Source of the DNA: a virus
Lineage: Duplodnaviria > Caudoviricetes
Length of the DNA: 64,000 nt
Virus record (IMG/VR): IMGVR_UViG_3300038679_000357
Span: 96,001 to 160,000 of that record
Strand: one strand, 5' to 3'
The notes beneath the pieces are model-generated. The model had not been told where the DNA came from. It made no database searches and saw only the letters and a program-made list of their open reading frames with translations. This document shows positions 31,101 to 42,100 of the stretch, piece by piece (the first letter of the stretch is position 1; each line of letters opens with the position of its first letter). The translations under genes and the position numbers were made by a program.

Positions 31101-31554
31101 GAACATTCTTTGAGACTGCTCTGATCGGATTCCCATCCCACCACAAATATCCTTCGGAATATGATACCCCACCGCCAAACAACTTTCCAGGAACCGATGT
31201 GGTTGACGCTATGCCGGATGAAAAAACGTCAAATACCGTCGACACACCATCGGCGTAAGACGAAACAAGAAGAGTATTCGCTGGAGATATCTTTACCGAA
31301 ACATGCTCAGACTTTGATATGCCATTTGATTCCTGTCTCCATCTGACCACACATGGTCCAGAAATGACGGAAACAACCCCATCATCCACAGAATATGCCT
31401 CGGCGCAGGAAATGTCGGCGTCAGTCCTATAATCGCTCTCAGACGGTCTACGGTAAGAAAAAACAAAAGAATATGGCAGTGCTGAAGAGGGGGTTACGAC
31501 AAGATCGACGTACCCGTCCCCGATCGTAGATACGGCGATTGAGTATGTTGACAT
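28135..31554 (-). CDS. Large virion structural protein with an NHL/propeller-like segment and an 87-aa poly-Ser tract, 1139 aa
   Basis: LSSPKSATF...VCVADT resembles an NHL repeat; located in the distal-tail block. Confidence 0.55.
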   Translation of the reverse strand: MSTYSIAVSTIGDGYVDLVVTPSSALPYSFVFSYRRPSESDYRTDADISCAEAYSVDDGVVSVISGPCVVRWRQESNGISKSEHVSVKISPANTLLVSSYADGVSTVFDVFSSGIASTTSVPGKLFGGGVSYSEGYLWWDGNPIRAVSKNVHAVARMVAGLVRIFLTDYDNTVPYTVVADILSDGTEMYSYDPGVEPVHCDYDPSTGNLCITLSAINQVNIIEWLDPIDGAIKPSVGTIVYETQLFSLSSPKSATFTNSTRVCVADTDSVKVYQFPNDFPVLSIEGIQYASEKGTSSPYTLLFSNVIWATEYADGMIAAVMDGMREVVFSSNRLSNVTLRRSLGSSISGLHHSFSNLSFAPVPPRHPLIASIVNDKELIKSAESDSRIYGSSFISSYGRRPPRGMIGRDIPIVGFRDTWVEGSGLQSLVSMTGQSIVIHSDIPSLSYGYVIDNGKITAVGSSSSTELFVRDLFSGIRYSLGNLTNEGAISFNVPAATQDSYLKSIDYGVHGAYSLEFITSEVCNGVTRTHKSHVLIVSMWWRQVLKECVSSLSPVSSYDFSLDDYLQTPAEFFDLWTVYPNFYNVVGGTPIPLTTEQKEILVFEAAYGLSTLTTGMCPGDSPVTPAFGLSPSSFGSDAGKTGTVVVGRSQQYSAPQSPMYGMLAAFQSSGVLSDYPGVMPSQSQFITDTPLVLFFDSSGNDAGAYNLPSIGTVSFSSVSVASGAEITLYLDAPLFTVDEIVFYGDDGKTRPPRSGDTDFIVEFSSPSPSPFIVSMSASVDGGTWTTFVDESGNAREYKFPSSSILSPSSVIRYRLGLFDSDGNYSEHTARFSVSDSWLGISISGVRIYDDRPAKTIHVVYDLDSHYPYMPIDVNFSLDVDGQVLDGFTGDVGVVYSGPAKKASFSYYSFTRTMMYSRSVLTVSASSVAPVAGSGSEYPFYLRGSRFIEKPFNVDAFAVPVVSDVKRPKWVDEENIRNEGVIHSGGSVHGWTTDWLRTNPSWSDQDNVADVASLQSRAIMRIIAPSSSSASSSSSSSSSSSLSSSSQSFSSSSSCSSSSCSSSQSFSSSSSCSSSSSSSFSSSCSSSSSSNSSSSSSLSNSSSSSSSSSSSSENAGLFFLQDWDGNDILDWNGNNIYTEY
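28222..28482 (-). repeat. Poly-Ser tract, 87 codons (73 Ser), with mixed AGY/TCN codons
   Basis: Direct translation; non-Ser residues are A, L, Q, F, C and N; the SQSFSSSSSCSSSS unit occurs twice. Confidence 0.95.
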
Positions 31555-31564
31555 TCCCGACGAC

Positions 31565-34500
31565 CTACACGGTAATTGTTATTCCGGACTCGCCGGATGG
31601 ACGCGCATCCTTTATCCTCCTGACAATTGAATCGCCGAAAGACCATTCGACGTTGCCCCAGGAATCAATGATGGCAACCCGGCTCGAATAAGACGAGGAT
31701 ACAGGATCATTCTCCACAATAACAAATTTATCCTGTGAGGAAACAGGATAGTCAGATATGGAAATGCACCCAGTGTCAATGGCTGGCCAAACAAAGTAGT
31801 CATACGTTCCATACTCAAGAAACACGTGTGAGAATGAAGAGCCAGGAGGAAGAACGCCAGAATCAAACTCGTCTCCGAAAAGAGACAAATCTGGATCGGC
31901 TTGGAATTGTATCAAATTAGTTGATCCAGACATAATTCTGATATTTAATGAACTGTTGTTAGTCCATGTAACACTAGTTCCAGACGGCATCGATGAATCA
32001 ACTAGCGATAATCCATCTTGATCATATGATATATTAGTGTATGAAGCCCTAAATCTTGAAAAATCAGACACCCTCCTATCAGATACATACTCCCACACTG
32101 TTTCTGATGTAGCTGCATTGCGATCAACTTTTACGACAATCGCTTTCCGTCCAGACGAATCGCCAATCAAAACAACATCATCAGAAACTTTACAAACACT
32201 ACCGAGAAAATCCATCGCATCAGTTCTACTTCTTGCTAATTCAGCCTCAGAAGTGCTAAATGATACTAAACCATTATGACGGAATTCAACAACAGATGAT
32301 CCATCTACAAATGAAGACGCAGAAGCGACATAATAGTTCGGATATGACTTAACTCCAATTTTAGCAACGACAGTATCGTATGATCCATCGCCAACCGATG
32401 AGTTATCAAATGAATATCTAGCGTCAATAGGACAATATATATTAGCTGGAATAACTGGAGTGAATTCGATATACGTACGAGATTGGAGATTGCCATATCC
32501 GCCGTATGATTTGATCGCATCTTGCGCAACAGATAGTGACGCTGATGTAGAGTTCGGCAAATACATATCAATATGTATCGTGTCTTCCGAAAATTGACCA
32601 GCAAGAGGAACGTTTGACGAATTGGTTAAAAACAACTTTATAGTATGCCTTCCTGCTGGGAATACAGATACATACAATGGCGATGTCACGAGATGATCGA
32701 TTGGCGTTCCGCCATCAACAGAGTGCCTGACTTTTGCTCCAGCCGGTACGTTAACATACTGTAATCCTACCTCAATAAGTCCAGAAGAAACCTGTTGATT
32801 GTCGTATGGATAAATCAGTTTCAAATGCGGACTTACATAGCCGCCAGCATCGACGTAAAAAGACAAACTGGTAGAAACCTGATCTCCCGCAAGAATATTG
32901 CCAGACATATCAACTAAAAACGCGGTAACGGTATGAGATCCAGCCGACAAAGAATTGAATGTATAAGACGGCATATCGTAAAATGTTATTGGAATTGAGC
33001 CGTCAATCGAAATAGAAATTCCAACTTCCGTTCCGAACACAGCGTTTACAACAGATAAGTCAACTTGGACGGGAGAAGCCACAGGAACAATAGCGTTGCG
33101 AACTGGATTCGTTATGATAAGATAGGGCATGGTTGACTGAGATGAAGTCGCAAGCGCGACGGCATCTGGCTGCGCGATGTCAAAAAACAGAACATTCGAG
33201 GACTTGAAATATCCATCTGGAAGATCATTTATTCCAGAATGTTCACGATCAATGCCAAAAAGCGATGGCGTGGCGTTATTATATCCAAGTCTCAGCCTTC
33301 TAGCCCCAGCAGAGATAACAAACTTCGATAAATCTATATTTCCTTCCGAATAAACATCTGACAAGTCCTCGTCAAAAAAGACAGACAATCTCATCATTGG
33401 TTCATTATAGTAACAGCCGACAACCTTCATTGATCGCTTTATTTCTTGAGCTTCTGTAGTGGCTGTTTGAACTTCCGATGAAGATACTTCAGTCTGAGGA
33501 AGTGCATACGGATAATCTCCAGTTGGATCATATGAATACATTCCAGACAAGCCCCACGAAACTCGTCCATCCCTAGATAACTCAATGACTCGATCATTTT
33601 CCGAATCAGACACAAGAAACGATCCAGATGGAGAAATATCAACAGACGTCAATTTACCAAACCCAACCCCGCCACTCTTCATTTGTCGATAACTTCTAGG
33701 CGCTAAAGAGCCATAAACCGCCAAAGTCTGAGTAAACGAATCATCCAATTGTCGAATGGAACCATTCGTTCCAAGCACATAATTCCCAATATCAGATACA
33801 TTCGCCACGGTTATTCCACCAGGAACCGTAGAGGAGTCTATGTTATGTAGTGTCCCAGATCTCCATGAGTCCTCAGTGGAGAATGAAAAGCCGAAATCAT
33901 CTCCATAAAACACACAATCAAGCATGAGGGACATCATTTGTGGAGACCAACGACGATCTGAAGATGCCTCGAAAAGAGCCTCTATTTGAATATATTTATA
34001 TTGATTTCCTGGGATCGGTAAATCAATTGCCGACCCACTCGTGGTCATATAAGAAGACCATGTCGCATACGGCAAATCAGCCATTTCATTGGCTACTCTG
34101 GTTCTGGCGCGAATTGCCGTACCAACCGGAATAGATGCATTCCACCGCAAATATGAATATAGGTTTTGCGTTCCATTGCCGTATGTAAACAAAGCAGAAC
34201 CATTTGGCTTAAAGAAGTTACCAGACGTCACAAACATCTCATCAACATTCAATGAAAATGGAATATCAGTATTCCATCCAGCACTGGTCGAAACATAGAA
34301 ACCAACGAAATTAACCTTTGTTCTGGTATACTGAGAAATATCAACCGTGACAGTCATCCAACCATAAGACCCGGATTCATCGTACGTCAGCATGTTGCGG
34401 TCTATCACGACTCGATTTGACGATTGGCTTCCCGCTGTGGCATCAGAAAGATAGAAGTAAATATCACCATGTTCAGCCGTTTCGCACAACACGGAAAACA

Positions 34501-35755
34501 CCAAACTGTCATATCCAGACCAGTCTTGCGGATCAAATGTTTTCGAAAGCTGTAATATGTTATCCGAATCATCACGACCAACATCCAATCTGCCACTACC
34601 GTCACCACGTGACGGATCGAAATAAAATGAGGCAGATACATCTCCACTGTCAAAAACTTTTGTCTCCCAATCCCCCACATTATTGAAGTCTTCGACATAA
34701 ACCTTCGACTCAACCGCCCCAAGCATTATGGAATTTCCGTATAAAACTGTGTTGGATAATGAAGCAAGAGAAAATTCATCCCTTGAATCCCACGACTTCG
34801 TATAAGTGGTTGTTGCTGGAGCAGGTGTTCCAGTTATTGTATGCGTTCCTCCCTCAGAGGAAGGGCGATAATCAACGATCGCCGTTGTATTTACGGCATC
34901 AACCATGTCATCTGGACTTATTCCTGGAATATAGGCAAATTCATTGACGAGATAGTCGTCTATGCCAGGAATGGCGTGTTTGAGGGATAAGACCAACCTA
35001 AGTAGGTTTACGGTGGAAATTTCTCCCATCAACCTTGAACCAACGTTATCTAGCAACTGGACAAACGTATCAAGTTGAGCGTGGGTCAAAATTCCATTGT
35101 TCTCAAGATCCTCAATATGGTCAAGTTTTGGTATGCGCTCCTGATCGATAACGCCACGTAAGATCAGCGACGCATCAAGATCAGCCATATTTCCAGGACC
35201 AAGAAACCCCTGAACGTCAGTCACGAGATTTATTTTCGATGGGCTATCGCTTCCACCAATATGACGATGATCCTTAACGATCTCTATTAACGCCTCACGA
35301 AAACCAAGAGACTTCCTTCCGGACATGTCAATCGAATCAATCGCAGTTGCGCTTCCCTCTGGGTTTGTCGTAACTGACCCAAGATACAAGAGCGTATCAT
35401 CGTTCGGTATGGTTGTTGTAACAACAAATCTCGTATACCCACTGTAATAGGTATCTACATCCGTCCCGGCGTAGACCATATTCACTGAATCATAATCGAG
35501 AGAAAGAGTGACATCCTCGACGGTTTCTGCTGCAATATAATTGATATGTCCAGAACCGATAGTAATCGTTACCGTAGCAGAAGTCGGATCATTCGATATA
35601 AGTTGCCAACCATCAACAATACCATTACCCATCACCTGGAATAAACCAAGTATCTGCCTATCAAGAGTCAACCAACGCTCACGTTCCACGACAGGAACGT
35701 TAGTTTTATCTCCAGCCTCAAGATACCCAAGCTTATATTTAGGTGTTTCTATCAC
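31565..35755 (-). CDS. Large multidomain tail protein (CBM-like, beta-propeller, Ig-like and cupredoxin-like domains), 1396 aa
   Basis: QDWSGYDSLVF...GWMTVTVDIS (CBM-like); FLVSDSENDRVIELSRDGRVSW (propeller); two Ig-like G.HT repeats; GTSVTWTN...FDSGVLPPGSSFSHVF..GTYDY (cupredoxin fold); GTG start. Confidence 0.65.
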   Translation of the reverse strand: MIETPKYKLGYLEAGDKTNVPVVERERWLTLDRQILGLFQVMGNGIVDGWQLISNDPTSATVTITIGSGHINYIAAETVEDVTLSLDYDSVNMVYAGTDVDTYYSGYTRFVVTTTIPNDDTLLYLGSVTTNPEGSATAIDSIDMSGRKSLGFREALIEIVKDHRHIGGSDSPSKINLVTDVQGFLGPGNMADLDASLILRGVIDQERIPKLDHIEDLENNGILTHAQLDTFVQLLDNVGSRLMGEISTVNLLRLVLSLKHAIPGIDDYLVNEFAYIPGISPDDMVDAVNTTAIVDYRPSSEGGTHTITGTPAPATTTYTKSWDSRDEFSLASLSNTVLYGNSIMLGAVESKVYVEDFNNVGDWETKVFDSGDVSASFYFDPSRGDGSGRLDVGRDDSDNILQLSKTFDPQDWSGYDSLVFSVLCETAEHGDIYFYLSDATAGSQSSNRVVIDRNMLTYDESGSYGWMTVTVDISQYTRTKVNFVGFYVSTSAGWNTDIPFSLNVDEMFVTSGNFFKPNGSALFTYGNGTQNLYSYLRWNASIPVGTAIRARTRVANEMADLPYATWSSYMTTSGSAIDLPIPGNQYKYIQIEALFEASSDRRWSPQMMSLMLDCVFYGDDFGFSFSTEDSWRSGTLHNIDSSTVPGGITVANVSDIGNYVLGTNGSIRQLDDSFTQTLAVYGSLAPRSYRQMKSGGVGFGKLTSVDISPSGSFLVSDSENDRVIELSRDGRVSWGLSGMYSYDPTGDYPYALPQTEVSSSEVQTATTEAQEIKRSMKVVGCYYNEPMMRLSVFFDEDLSDVYSEGNIDLSKFVISAGARRLRLGYNNATPSLFGIDREHSGINDLPDGYFKSSNVLFFDIAQPDAVALATSSQSTMPYLIITNPVRNAIVPVASPVQVDLSVVNAVFGTEVGISISIDGSIPITFYDMPSYTFNSLSAGSHTVTAFLVDMSGNILAGDQVSTSLSFYVDAGGYVSPHLKLIYPYDNQQVSSGLIEVGLQYVNVPAGAKVRHSVDGGTPIDHLVTSPLYVSVFPAGRHTIKLFLTNSSNVPLAGQFSEDTIHIDMYLPNSTSASLSVAQDAIKSYGGYGNLQSRTYIEFTPVIPANIYCPIDARYSFDNSSVGDGSYDTVVAKIGVKSYPNYYVASASSFVDGSSVVEFRHNGLVSFSTSEAELARSRTDAMDFLGSVCKVSDDVVLIGDSSGRKAIVVKVDRNAATSETVWEYVSDRRVSDFSRFRASYTNISYDQDGLSLVDSSMPSGTSVTWTNNSSLNIRIMSGSTNLIQFQADPDLSLFGDEFDSGVLPPGSSFSHVFLEYGTYDYFVWPAIDTGCISISDYPVSSQDKFVIVENDPVSSSYSSRVAIIDSWGNVEWSFGDSIVRRIKDARPSGESGITITV

Positions 35756-35769
35756 TTTTCACGTCCTAA

Positions 35770-35985
35770 TTATTCTGATACGATATGATCGCCTTCCCAA
35801 CTTGAGAAACCAACCATAAAATACTGGCGACCGTCGCCTACTTGTTGAATATCGACGTTCAATGAATCTGCCGCTGGAGTATTGACTTCAGAAAACCTAT
35901 TTACTTTATACGATATGGCGTCTCCAACCGACGGAAAATTCTTTTCCACGATTCGTTTGATTACATTTTCGATATTATACGCCAT
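35770..35985 (-). CDS. Hypothetical protein, 71 aa
   Basis: Strong GGAGG RBS; fills the gap between two large genes. Confidence 0.7.
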   Translation of the reverse strand: MAYNIENVIKRIVEKNFPSVGDAISYKVNRFSEVNTPAADSLNVDIQQVGDGRQYFMVGFSSWEGDHIVSE

Positions 35986-36005
35986 AATCCATCCTCCATT
36001 AAACG

Positions 36006-39000
36006 TTATTCAGTATCCGGATCTGGATCGACTGGTTTTTCTGACGGAATATCAGCCGTTGGCGAGAAACTGTCAGAAGGCTGAGTTACCTGATACGCTC
36101 CAATCGACGTCTTCCATGTATTTCCAGAAGATTCGTAGTTGTGAGAATACTTCGTTACCCTGAATTTTTTCTTGAAAAAATCAATCTCACTCTCATCACC
36201 CTCATTTTTCTTCAATGAAATAAATTGTCCTGGACGGAATACTGGATTGTGTCCAACTGTATTAAATTCCACCTCAAATCCTGGTCTTCCATGCATCTGT
36301 TGCATCATGTTTACAAACCTATTTCCAGCAACCTCGTTACCAAGATCAGTTCTATCATACCTAACTTCTTTAATGAACCCCAAATAACCTACCGAATCAG
36401 GTTCAGTTAAACTTTCCTTAATTGACCTAGATATTATAAGAGGTGCCCCTGTACCTCGATCAATCGTACGGACAAAAATTGAGTTGAATACACTCGAACT
36501 CAATGTAGAAACCATTTCCAATCCATCAAGCATCAACCTGTGCGGAGCAGAAGTTTGATTGATACTCATGTAATATGTCTCTTTCACATTTGGGTCCCAC
36601 GCTGGATGCACGTAGTTAAACAAAAATCCTCCCGGAATTGGAACCATATGAAGTTTACCCTGCATATCAAAATAAAGATACAACTCAAACCCCTTCATTG
36701 CATTTACGATGCAATCCTTAATAGGCGTTTCAGAAGAAAACCTAAACATTGGTTTATCATAAGCCAATCCTTGTCCAAGGAAATAATATAATGGTCCCCC
36801 CTTCTTTCCCTGAGTCTTATCGACGTCATCCACTGATGATATTCCGGCTCGACCACATAAATCATCAACAGCAGTAAAAATATGCCGTCCGTCATAATAA
36901 GGAGAATTCATTATCGGAATCCCCTCAAGAACTTTCCAATGATCTGCACACTCAAATGTTATATACTCTTCTCCTGGAGCATAGCTACCATTACGACCAA
37001 AAGCGATGCCGGTAAAAACGATATCGCTATCTTCAAACGTAACAGATTCATCCTTACTCCACTTTAACCAGACCTTTATCCCTCTTGCTTTGGATAGATA
37101 ATCACTATATTTTCCACTGCTATTGAATAACCTTAACGATCCAGTAGATTCAATCATGATTGGTTTTGGGCTATCCAACTGCCTAGACGCAGAAAAAGAT
37201 ATAATATCATTACTAACGTCTACAAAATCGTCGGATTGAACTACCGTTGAGGTGGTGTCCTGCGGTTTGTTCGCTGAAATATTATACAGGATAGGAAATC
37301 CAGCATCACCACGCACAGAGGATGCCGCCTCTCCTTGGACCTCATTACCCGAAGGAGTATATGTTTTTGAACTCAGTTCATCCGCCTCAAAGTAAACAAA
37401 CCAAAACGGCTCATTTTTATGCATACCGACTTTTTTCTTTGACCTAACCATGTGTATTCTACCCCATGGATTAATCATTCCGGTATTGTAGTTAGATTCA
37501 GTCATCTCTCGTTTCGTTGAATCCTGACGAGCTTTAGCTTTATCTTCCGATTCAGTCATATCTACTTCCATATACTCACGGAAAATAGCCCCATACATTC
37601 TACTTGCCTTCCCATTCCCCTTTGCAGATTTCTGATCGTCATTTGGAACAACCATTGAAACCATCGTACCATCTGCACAATCTCCAGCACGAATTCCAGA
37701 ATTTTTGTCATCTGTGAGAGGGTATTTATGCCCTTCATACCCAGTGTTTCCCATTTCGGGAAGGGTCATCCATCCTCTTTTCTTAAAGGTCATATGGCAC
37801 GACAACACCGAAGACTTACATCCATATCCATACACCGACAATCTAGGCGTCTTTAAATTGAATGGAATCATGGTGTCTTTGCTGCCAGTAATAGTAATGG
37901 AATGATACTTGTCTGGTCCGCTATAAATGCACAATCTCCCCATAACACTCATGAAACCAACCTTAATTTCTCCACCGCTAACAAAATTTTCAACCAGCCA
38001 TGGCGCATTTATGTCAATTTGCTGGTATACACTTTGTGCTTCACTTCCCTTTGATTTATCTGATTCCTTGCCAGACTTTCCAGATCCTGCAGCCTGTGTC
38101 TGCGCACCACTAGTTCTTCCTCCAGAAGATCTCTTACTATCCTTTTTTGATGCATCAGCGTTACGAGCCCGATACTCATAATTGACAAAAGTTCTTCCAG
38201 TATTTTCTATAACCAATTCAACAAACCCGATAGAATCACCAGAAGTTGTTCCACTTCCATTGTCTCCTTCAGATTCTGAAATCACAATAGATAAAAGGGA
38301 AACCGCCTTACTGTCTTTTGGAATATTTATCGCATCAGGACGAATGACAACCCAAAAAGGATGCCCCTTGTCCTTAAACGGCGAAACCGTCTCGATCCCC
38401 CACCACACTCCAGCCTCAGCTTCTACCTGTCGAACAAACGACGAATTGTATGTTTGAACGATATCTTTTGTGTCATTTTCTTCCTCTTTACTATCCTCAG
38501 CTTTTTCACTATCATCTGGCTGAGATTGAGCTTGATCATTTTCGCTTGGCTTCTCTGCTACGGCATCTTCCCTATCCTCGTCAATATACCCAGTGCCTCT
38601 ATACGTGATTGGCTGCGCGTCATAATCCTTATCGGAATACCTTTCTGGAGACACACTTTCAAACTGACTTATCCATTTCTGTCTATTTCTGCGCAATACC
38701 GCATCATCCATATTCTTCAAATATGTTTTCATGTATACTGACTTTACCGAATCAAACGGGTTGACGCCATTGCTCGCAGCAGTCGAAGATGTAGAACCAC
38801 TTGAATTGGCTGATGCTTCAGGAGTTGCCGTTGGTGTCGTTGGTGTCGTTGTCGTCGTTGTCGTCGTTGTCGTTGATTCTTGATTTCCGACCTGTTTCCA
38901 GTAAACATCAGTATAATTCGTATTTGACGCATTGTTTCTATCAAGCATAAAATTATCAATAGGCTCAAATATCGGCTGAGGAATGACACACCCGCTCAAA

Positions 39001-39188
39001 ACATCACCATTCTTAGAATAAGCCATGAGAGCGGTAGTATTATACGAAATTGAGTTATTACTTCCGTCATTTATGGTAACTGCCCAGGTGAAATTTTTTC
39101 TTAGCTTTGCGGTATCCTTGATGACGCCAGGAATATCATTGTAGAGACGTGCCCTGATATGCGCTTTTCCGAGATCAACATACGACAT
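36006..39188 (-). CDS. Baseplate hub / tail tip protein (gp27/Tal-like C-terminal half) with a large N-terminal extension, 1060 aa
   Basis: DVSNDIISFS...VFTG...ITFECAD...YFDMQGKLHM...EFNTVGHNPVFRPGQFI...FRVTKYSHNY fits the hub fold pattern; two genes after the tape measure. Confidence 0.65.
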   Translation of the reverse strand: MSYVDLGKAHIRARLYNDIPGVIKDTAKLRKNFTWAVTINDGSNNSISYNTTALMAYSKNGDVLSGCVIPQPIFEPIDNFMLDRNNASNTNYTDVYWKQVGNQESTTTTTTTTTTPTTPTATPEASANSSGSTSSTAASNGVNPFDSVKSVYMKTYLKNMDDAVLRRNRQKWISQFESVSPERYSDKDYDAQPITYRGTGYIDEDREDAVAEKPSENDQAQSQPDDSEKAEDSKEEENDTKDIVQTYNSSFVRQVEAEAGVWWGIETVSPFKDKGHPFWVVIRPDAINIPKDSKAVSLLSIVISESEGDNGSGTTSGDSIGFVELVIENTGRTFVNYEYRARNADASKKDSKRSSGGRTSGAQTQAAGSGKSGKESDKSKGSEAQSVYQQIDINAPWLVENFVSGGEIKVGFMSVMGRLCIYSGPDKYHSITITGSKDTMIPFNLKTPRLSVYGYGCKSSVLSCHMTFKKRGWMTLPEMGNTGYEGHKYPLTDDKNSGIRAGDCADGTMVSMVVPNDDQKSAKGNGKASRMYGAIFREYMEVDMTESEDKAKARQDSTKREMTESNYNTGMINPWGRIHMVRSKKKVGMHKNEPFWFVYFEADELSSKTYTPSGNEVQGEAASSVRGDAGFPILYNISANKPQDTTSTVVQSDDFVDVSNDIISFSASRQLDSPKPIMIESTGSLRLFNSSGKYSDYLSKARGIKVWLKWSKDESVTFEDSDIVFTGIAFGRNGSYAPGEEYITFECADHWKVLEGIPIMNSPYYDGRHIFTAVDDLCGRAGISSVDDVDKTQGKKGGPLYYFLGQGLAYDKPMFRFSSETPIKDCIVNAMKGFELYLYFDMQGKLHMVPIPGGFLFNYVHPAWDPNVKETYYMSINQTSAPHRLMLDGLEMVSTLSSSVFNSIFVRTIDRGTGAPLIISRSIKESLTEPDSVGYLGFIKEVRYDRTDLGNEVAGNRFVNMMQQMHGRPGFEVEFNTVGHNPVFRPGQFISLKKNEGDESEIDFFKKKFRVTKYSHNYESSGNTWKTSIGAYQVTQPSDSFSPTADIPSEKPVDPDPDTE
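38830..38874. repeat. Imperfect 9-bp tandem repeat (x5) encoding a poly-Thr/TTP linker in the hub gene
   Basis: gttggtgtc x2, gttgtcgtc x2, gttgtcgtt. Confidence 0.85.
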
Positions 39189-39195
39189 ACGTCAC

Positions 39196-42100
39196 CTAAA
39201 AATTTACTGGAGAAAGATTCCAGTCAACGCCCTCAGTGGTTGAAGTAGCGGCGTTAACCAATCCCTTGTTATCGAAGAACACGACCCTCATCAACCCAGA
39301 CTTGCCAATCTGAAAAGAAACTTGTTGATCGAAGGTATCGGTTATCTTCACATCAAACGTATTATTTAATTCGACCTGTAATTCCTCTCTTAATTTACGT
39401 GCAGCCGCGCTTGGATCAGTTGAGCTGACGACATTAGAATTGTACCTTGAGTGGAACTTTACGAGAGAGGGAATGGAAATTTTTTTCATTCTCAACTCAA
39501 TTTTGTCTTTAATGTAACACATCAAAAGCCAATCCCCCCAAACAACAAGAGACGGAGAAGAGCTGACATAATTTGAAGGAGTCAGCGAAATATCATTGTA
39601 GAACGACCAAGAAGATCCATCAGATGACGATAACGCCCACGCCAAGACAGTCCCCGTCCTGAAAACGATGAATTTATACTTACCGGATGAAGCTATAGAA
39701 AGAGGATGGACCGATAATCCCTCCACTACAACAAACGGATCTACCCCTTCTATAGCTCCATCTCCAATTACAATATTTCTCGAAAGTGAAACACTACTCG
39801 ACAAAAGAACAGGCGTTCCTTTAGAATAGAAAGCATACACTGGTCGACCAAATGAATTAATCATATTTACTTGGCTATGTACAATCGCCAAAATCCCATC
39901 GCCAGATTCATTCTCAACGACAGAATATCCAACAACATCTATGTCCTTTCCACACTTCGAAAATGCACACTGGTTTATGTTTGGTACGGCGAGAAATGGA
40001 TAGCGCCACATGGTTGTCTTATCCAACACATCGCCAGTTCCTCTTCGGAAAAAATAACCAGAAGAAAATGAACCGAACGAGTCGGTTGAATTCAATATAA
40101 AAGCACCATTCTGTTCAATATCGGCATATCCTACAGGGGGAAGAATATTCTCTGACTCTCGCTTGCTCTCTGTTCCGGGAACTATTCTTACCTCGTCTAT
40201 CATAGAGCTATCCGATGGAAGATATGAAATAACTGGTTGCTCAACACATATTACCGCCTTCCCGTTTACTGGGAAAACATGCCTAGAAAAAGCATTTCGA
40301 ACAACTTTTTCGGAAGGAACAGTTTTTACAATGGCAGAGGCAAATTTGGAGTTTTCCCTATCCATATTAAGAACGGGAACAAATCTATACCTCGATCCAT
40401 CTCCAGCCAATGGATCGTCACTGGAATTATTCCCAGCTATCCTATACTCTACTTCCCTTCCTCCAGAAAAGTATTCAGCATTTGAATAAAACGGGATATC
40501 TTCAACTCCAGAAACTGTATTTTTTCCAGCCGCCCTGGTAAATATAGTGTTTTCCTTTCCAGAGGTTGACTCTATTCCGAGTAAGCGGTCAGATTGATAC
40601 ATCCTCCATAGAGTATTGCGATACTCCCCCTTATCATCAACTGGATGACGATCTGGCATGGCTTTACGAACAACAATGGAAACCACATCCTTATTATTGA
40701 TCGACAAAGGGGGAACTGATATGGTTTGAGTTGTTGACCCATCGCCGGAAACTGTAGCTACGACATCTGTGGTACCAGCGTCATGATGAATGAGAAACTC
40801 ATTCATGTCGTTCAAGAATCCTAAACGCCCCTTTCTTATGAACATCGCCTTCGATGCATCATCGTACCTTTCATACAAAATATATTCTGCTTCGTCCAGA
40901 TCATCATTCATGTATGCGACATAACGATACGCCTTAGCTGTAGAAACTTTGATCAGCGAAAAATCGACACCAGATATATTAGGGAACAACACTGGATTGT
41001 CTTCAATTAACCGAATTGAAGCGTTTCTCGGTACCGACATACTCAATGGAGAGCCTACATAAATTCCATCAAACATAATTTTTGCGTTTGTTCCAATATC
41101 CGTCAAAAACGCATTCAACCCGAGAAACGGAGTGGCAATGTAATTGAATGGACTCCTACATGGATGAAGATCATCAAAACTGATCCACCAGTTTCCGCCA
41201 TATTCATCGACGCTCGGCTCTTCGATCGCCTCAACATCCAGAGATATATAAAGATATCCACTATCAGAAGAGTCGATTCCATCTCTATTTTCAGTAATCC
41301 CAATGATACTAAAAGACTTCGTTGATTCATTTCCTTGTCGATTGAATCTCCACCCATTATATTTTTTCCATCCACGCACAACAGTAGATGATGCATCAGT
41401 GGGAAGGTCATTAAGAAATCTTTCCCTGAGATAGTCAAGCGTATAGTAATTTCGATCCGTAAACTTACACTTTAACACAACTCTAAGTGGAATCTTATCG
41501 TCCTCAGATATCTTTCCAGTGTCATCAATCCTTTTTGCATATGCACTTTCAACCTGTACATCAAACAGACCGCGATCAAGAGAGGTATTCGTAGGAGCTG
41601 AAATTCCTGACTTATTGGTACATATATCAGATATTTTCCACAACTTCCCGGACAATATCCTGAACGACCCGTCAACCGACAACGAATCATATAAACTATC
41701 CATACTCGACGCAGACTCAGTAGAAAGCGTAAACACCCCAGAACGCTCATGAGCCACAACCTTGTAGGCAGAAAATTCAAGTTGACCAGTTTTTGTGAAA
41801 AGAACGTGATTCCCAACCTGCGTCCCCTGACCAAAATTATGACGGGAAAGTGTGGTTGACGTTATCTCAAGGCTAATGGACACATTCGATGCTCCAAGCT
41901 CTTTCATTACCCTCAAAACAACATCCGAAACTACAATTTCGACCCCATCAACCGATACGGACGCCCCCTTTACAGCAATGCTTTTACCGTCATATACTGG
42001 CTCATTCGTTAGAACCGCTTTTGCCTCAGACTTATACTTCGCCGCCTTGCCATTTGATTCAGCAACAACTTGCGTATCTTTCGATGAAGATGCCTTTTCC

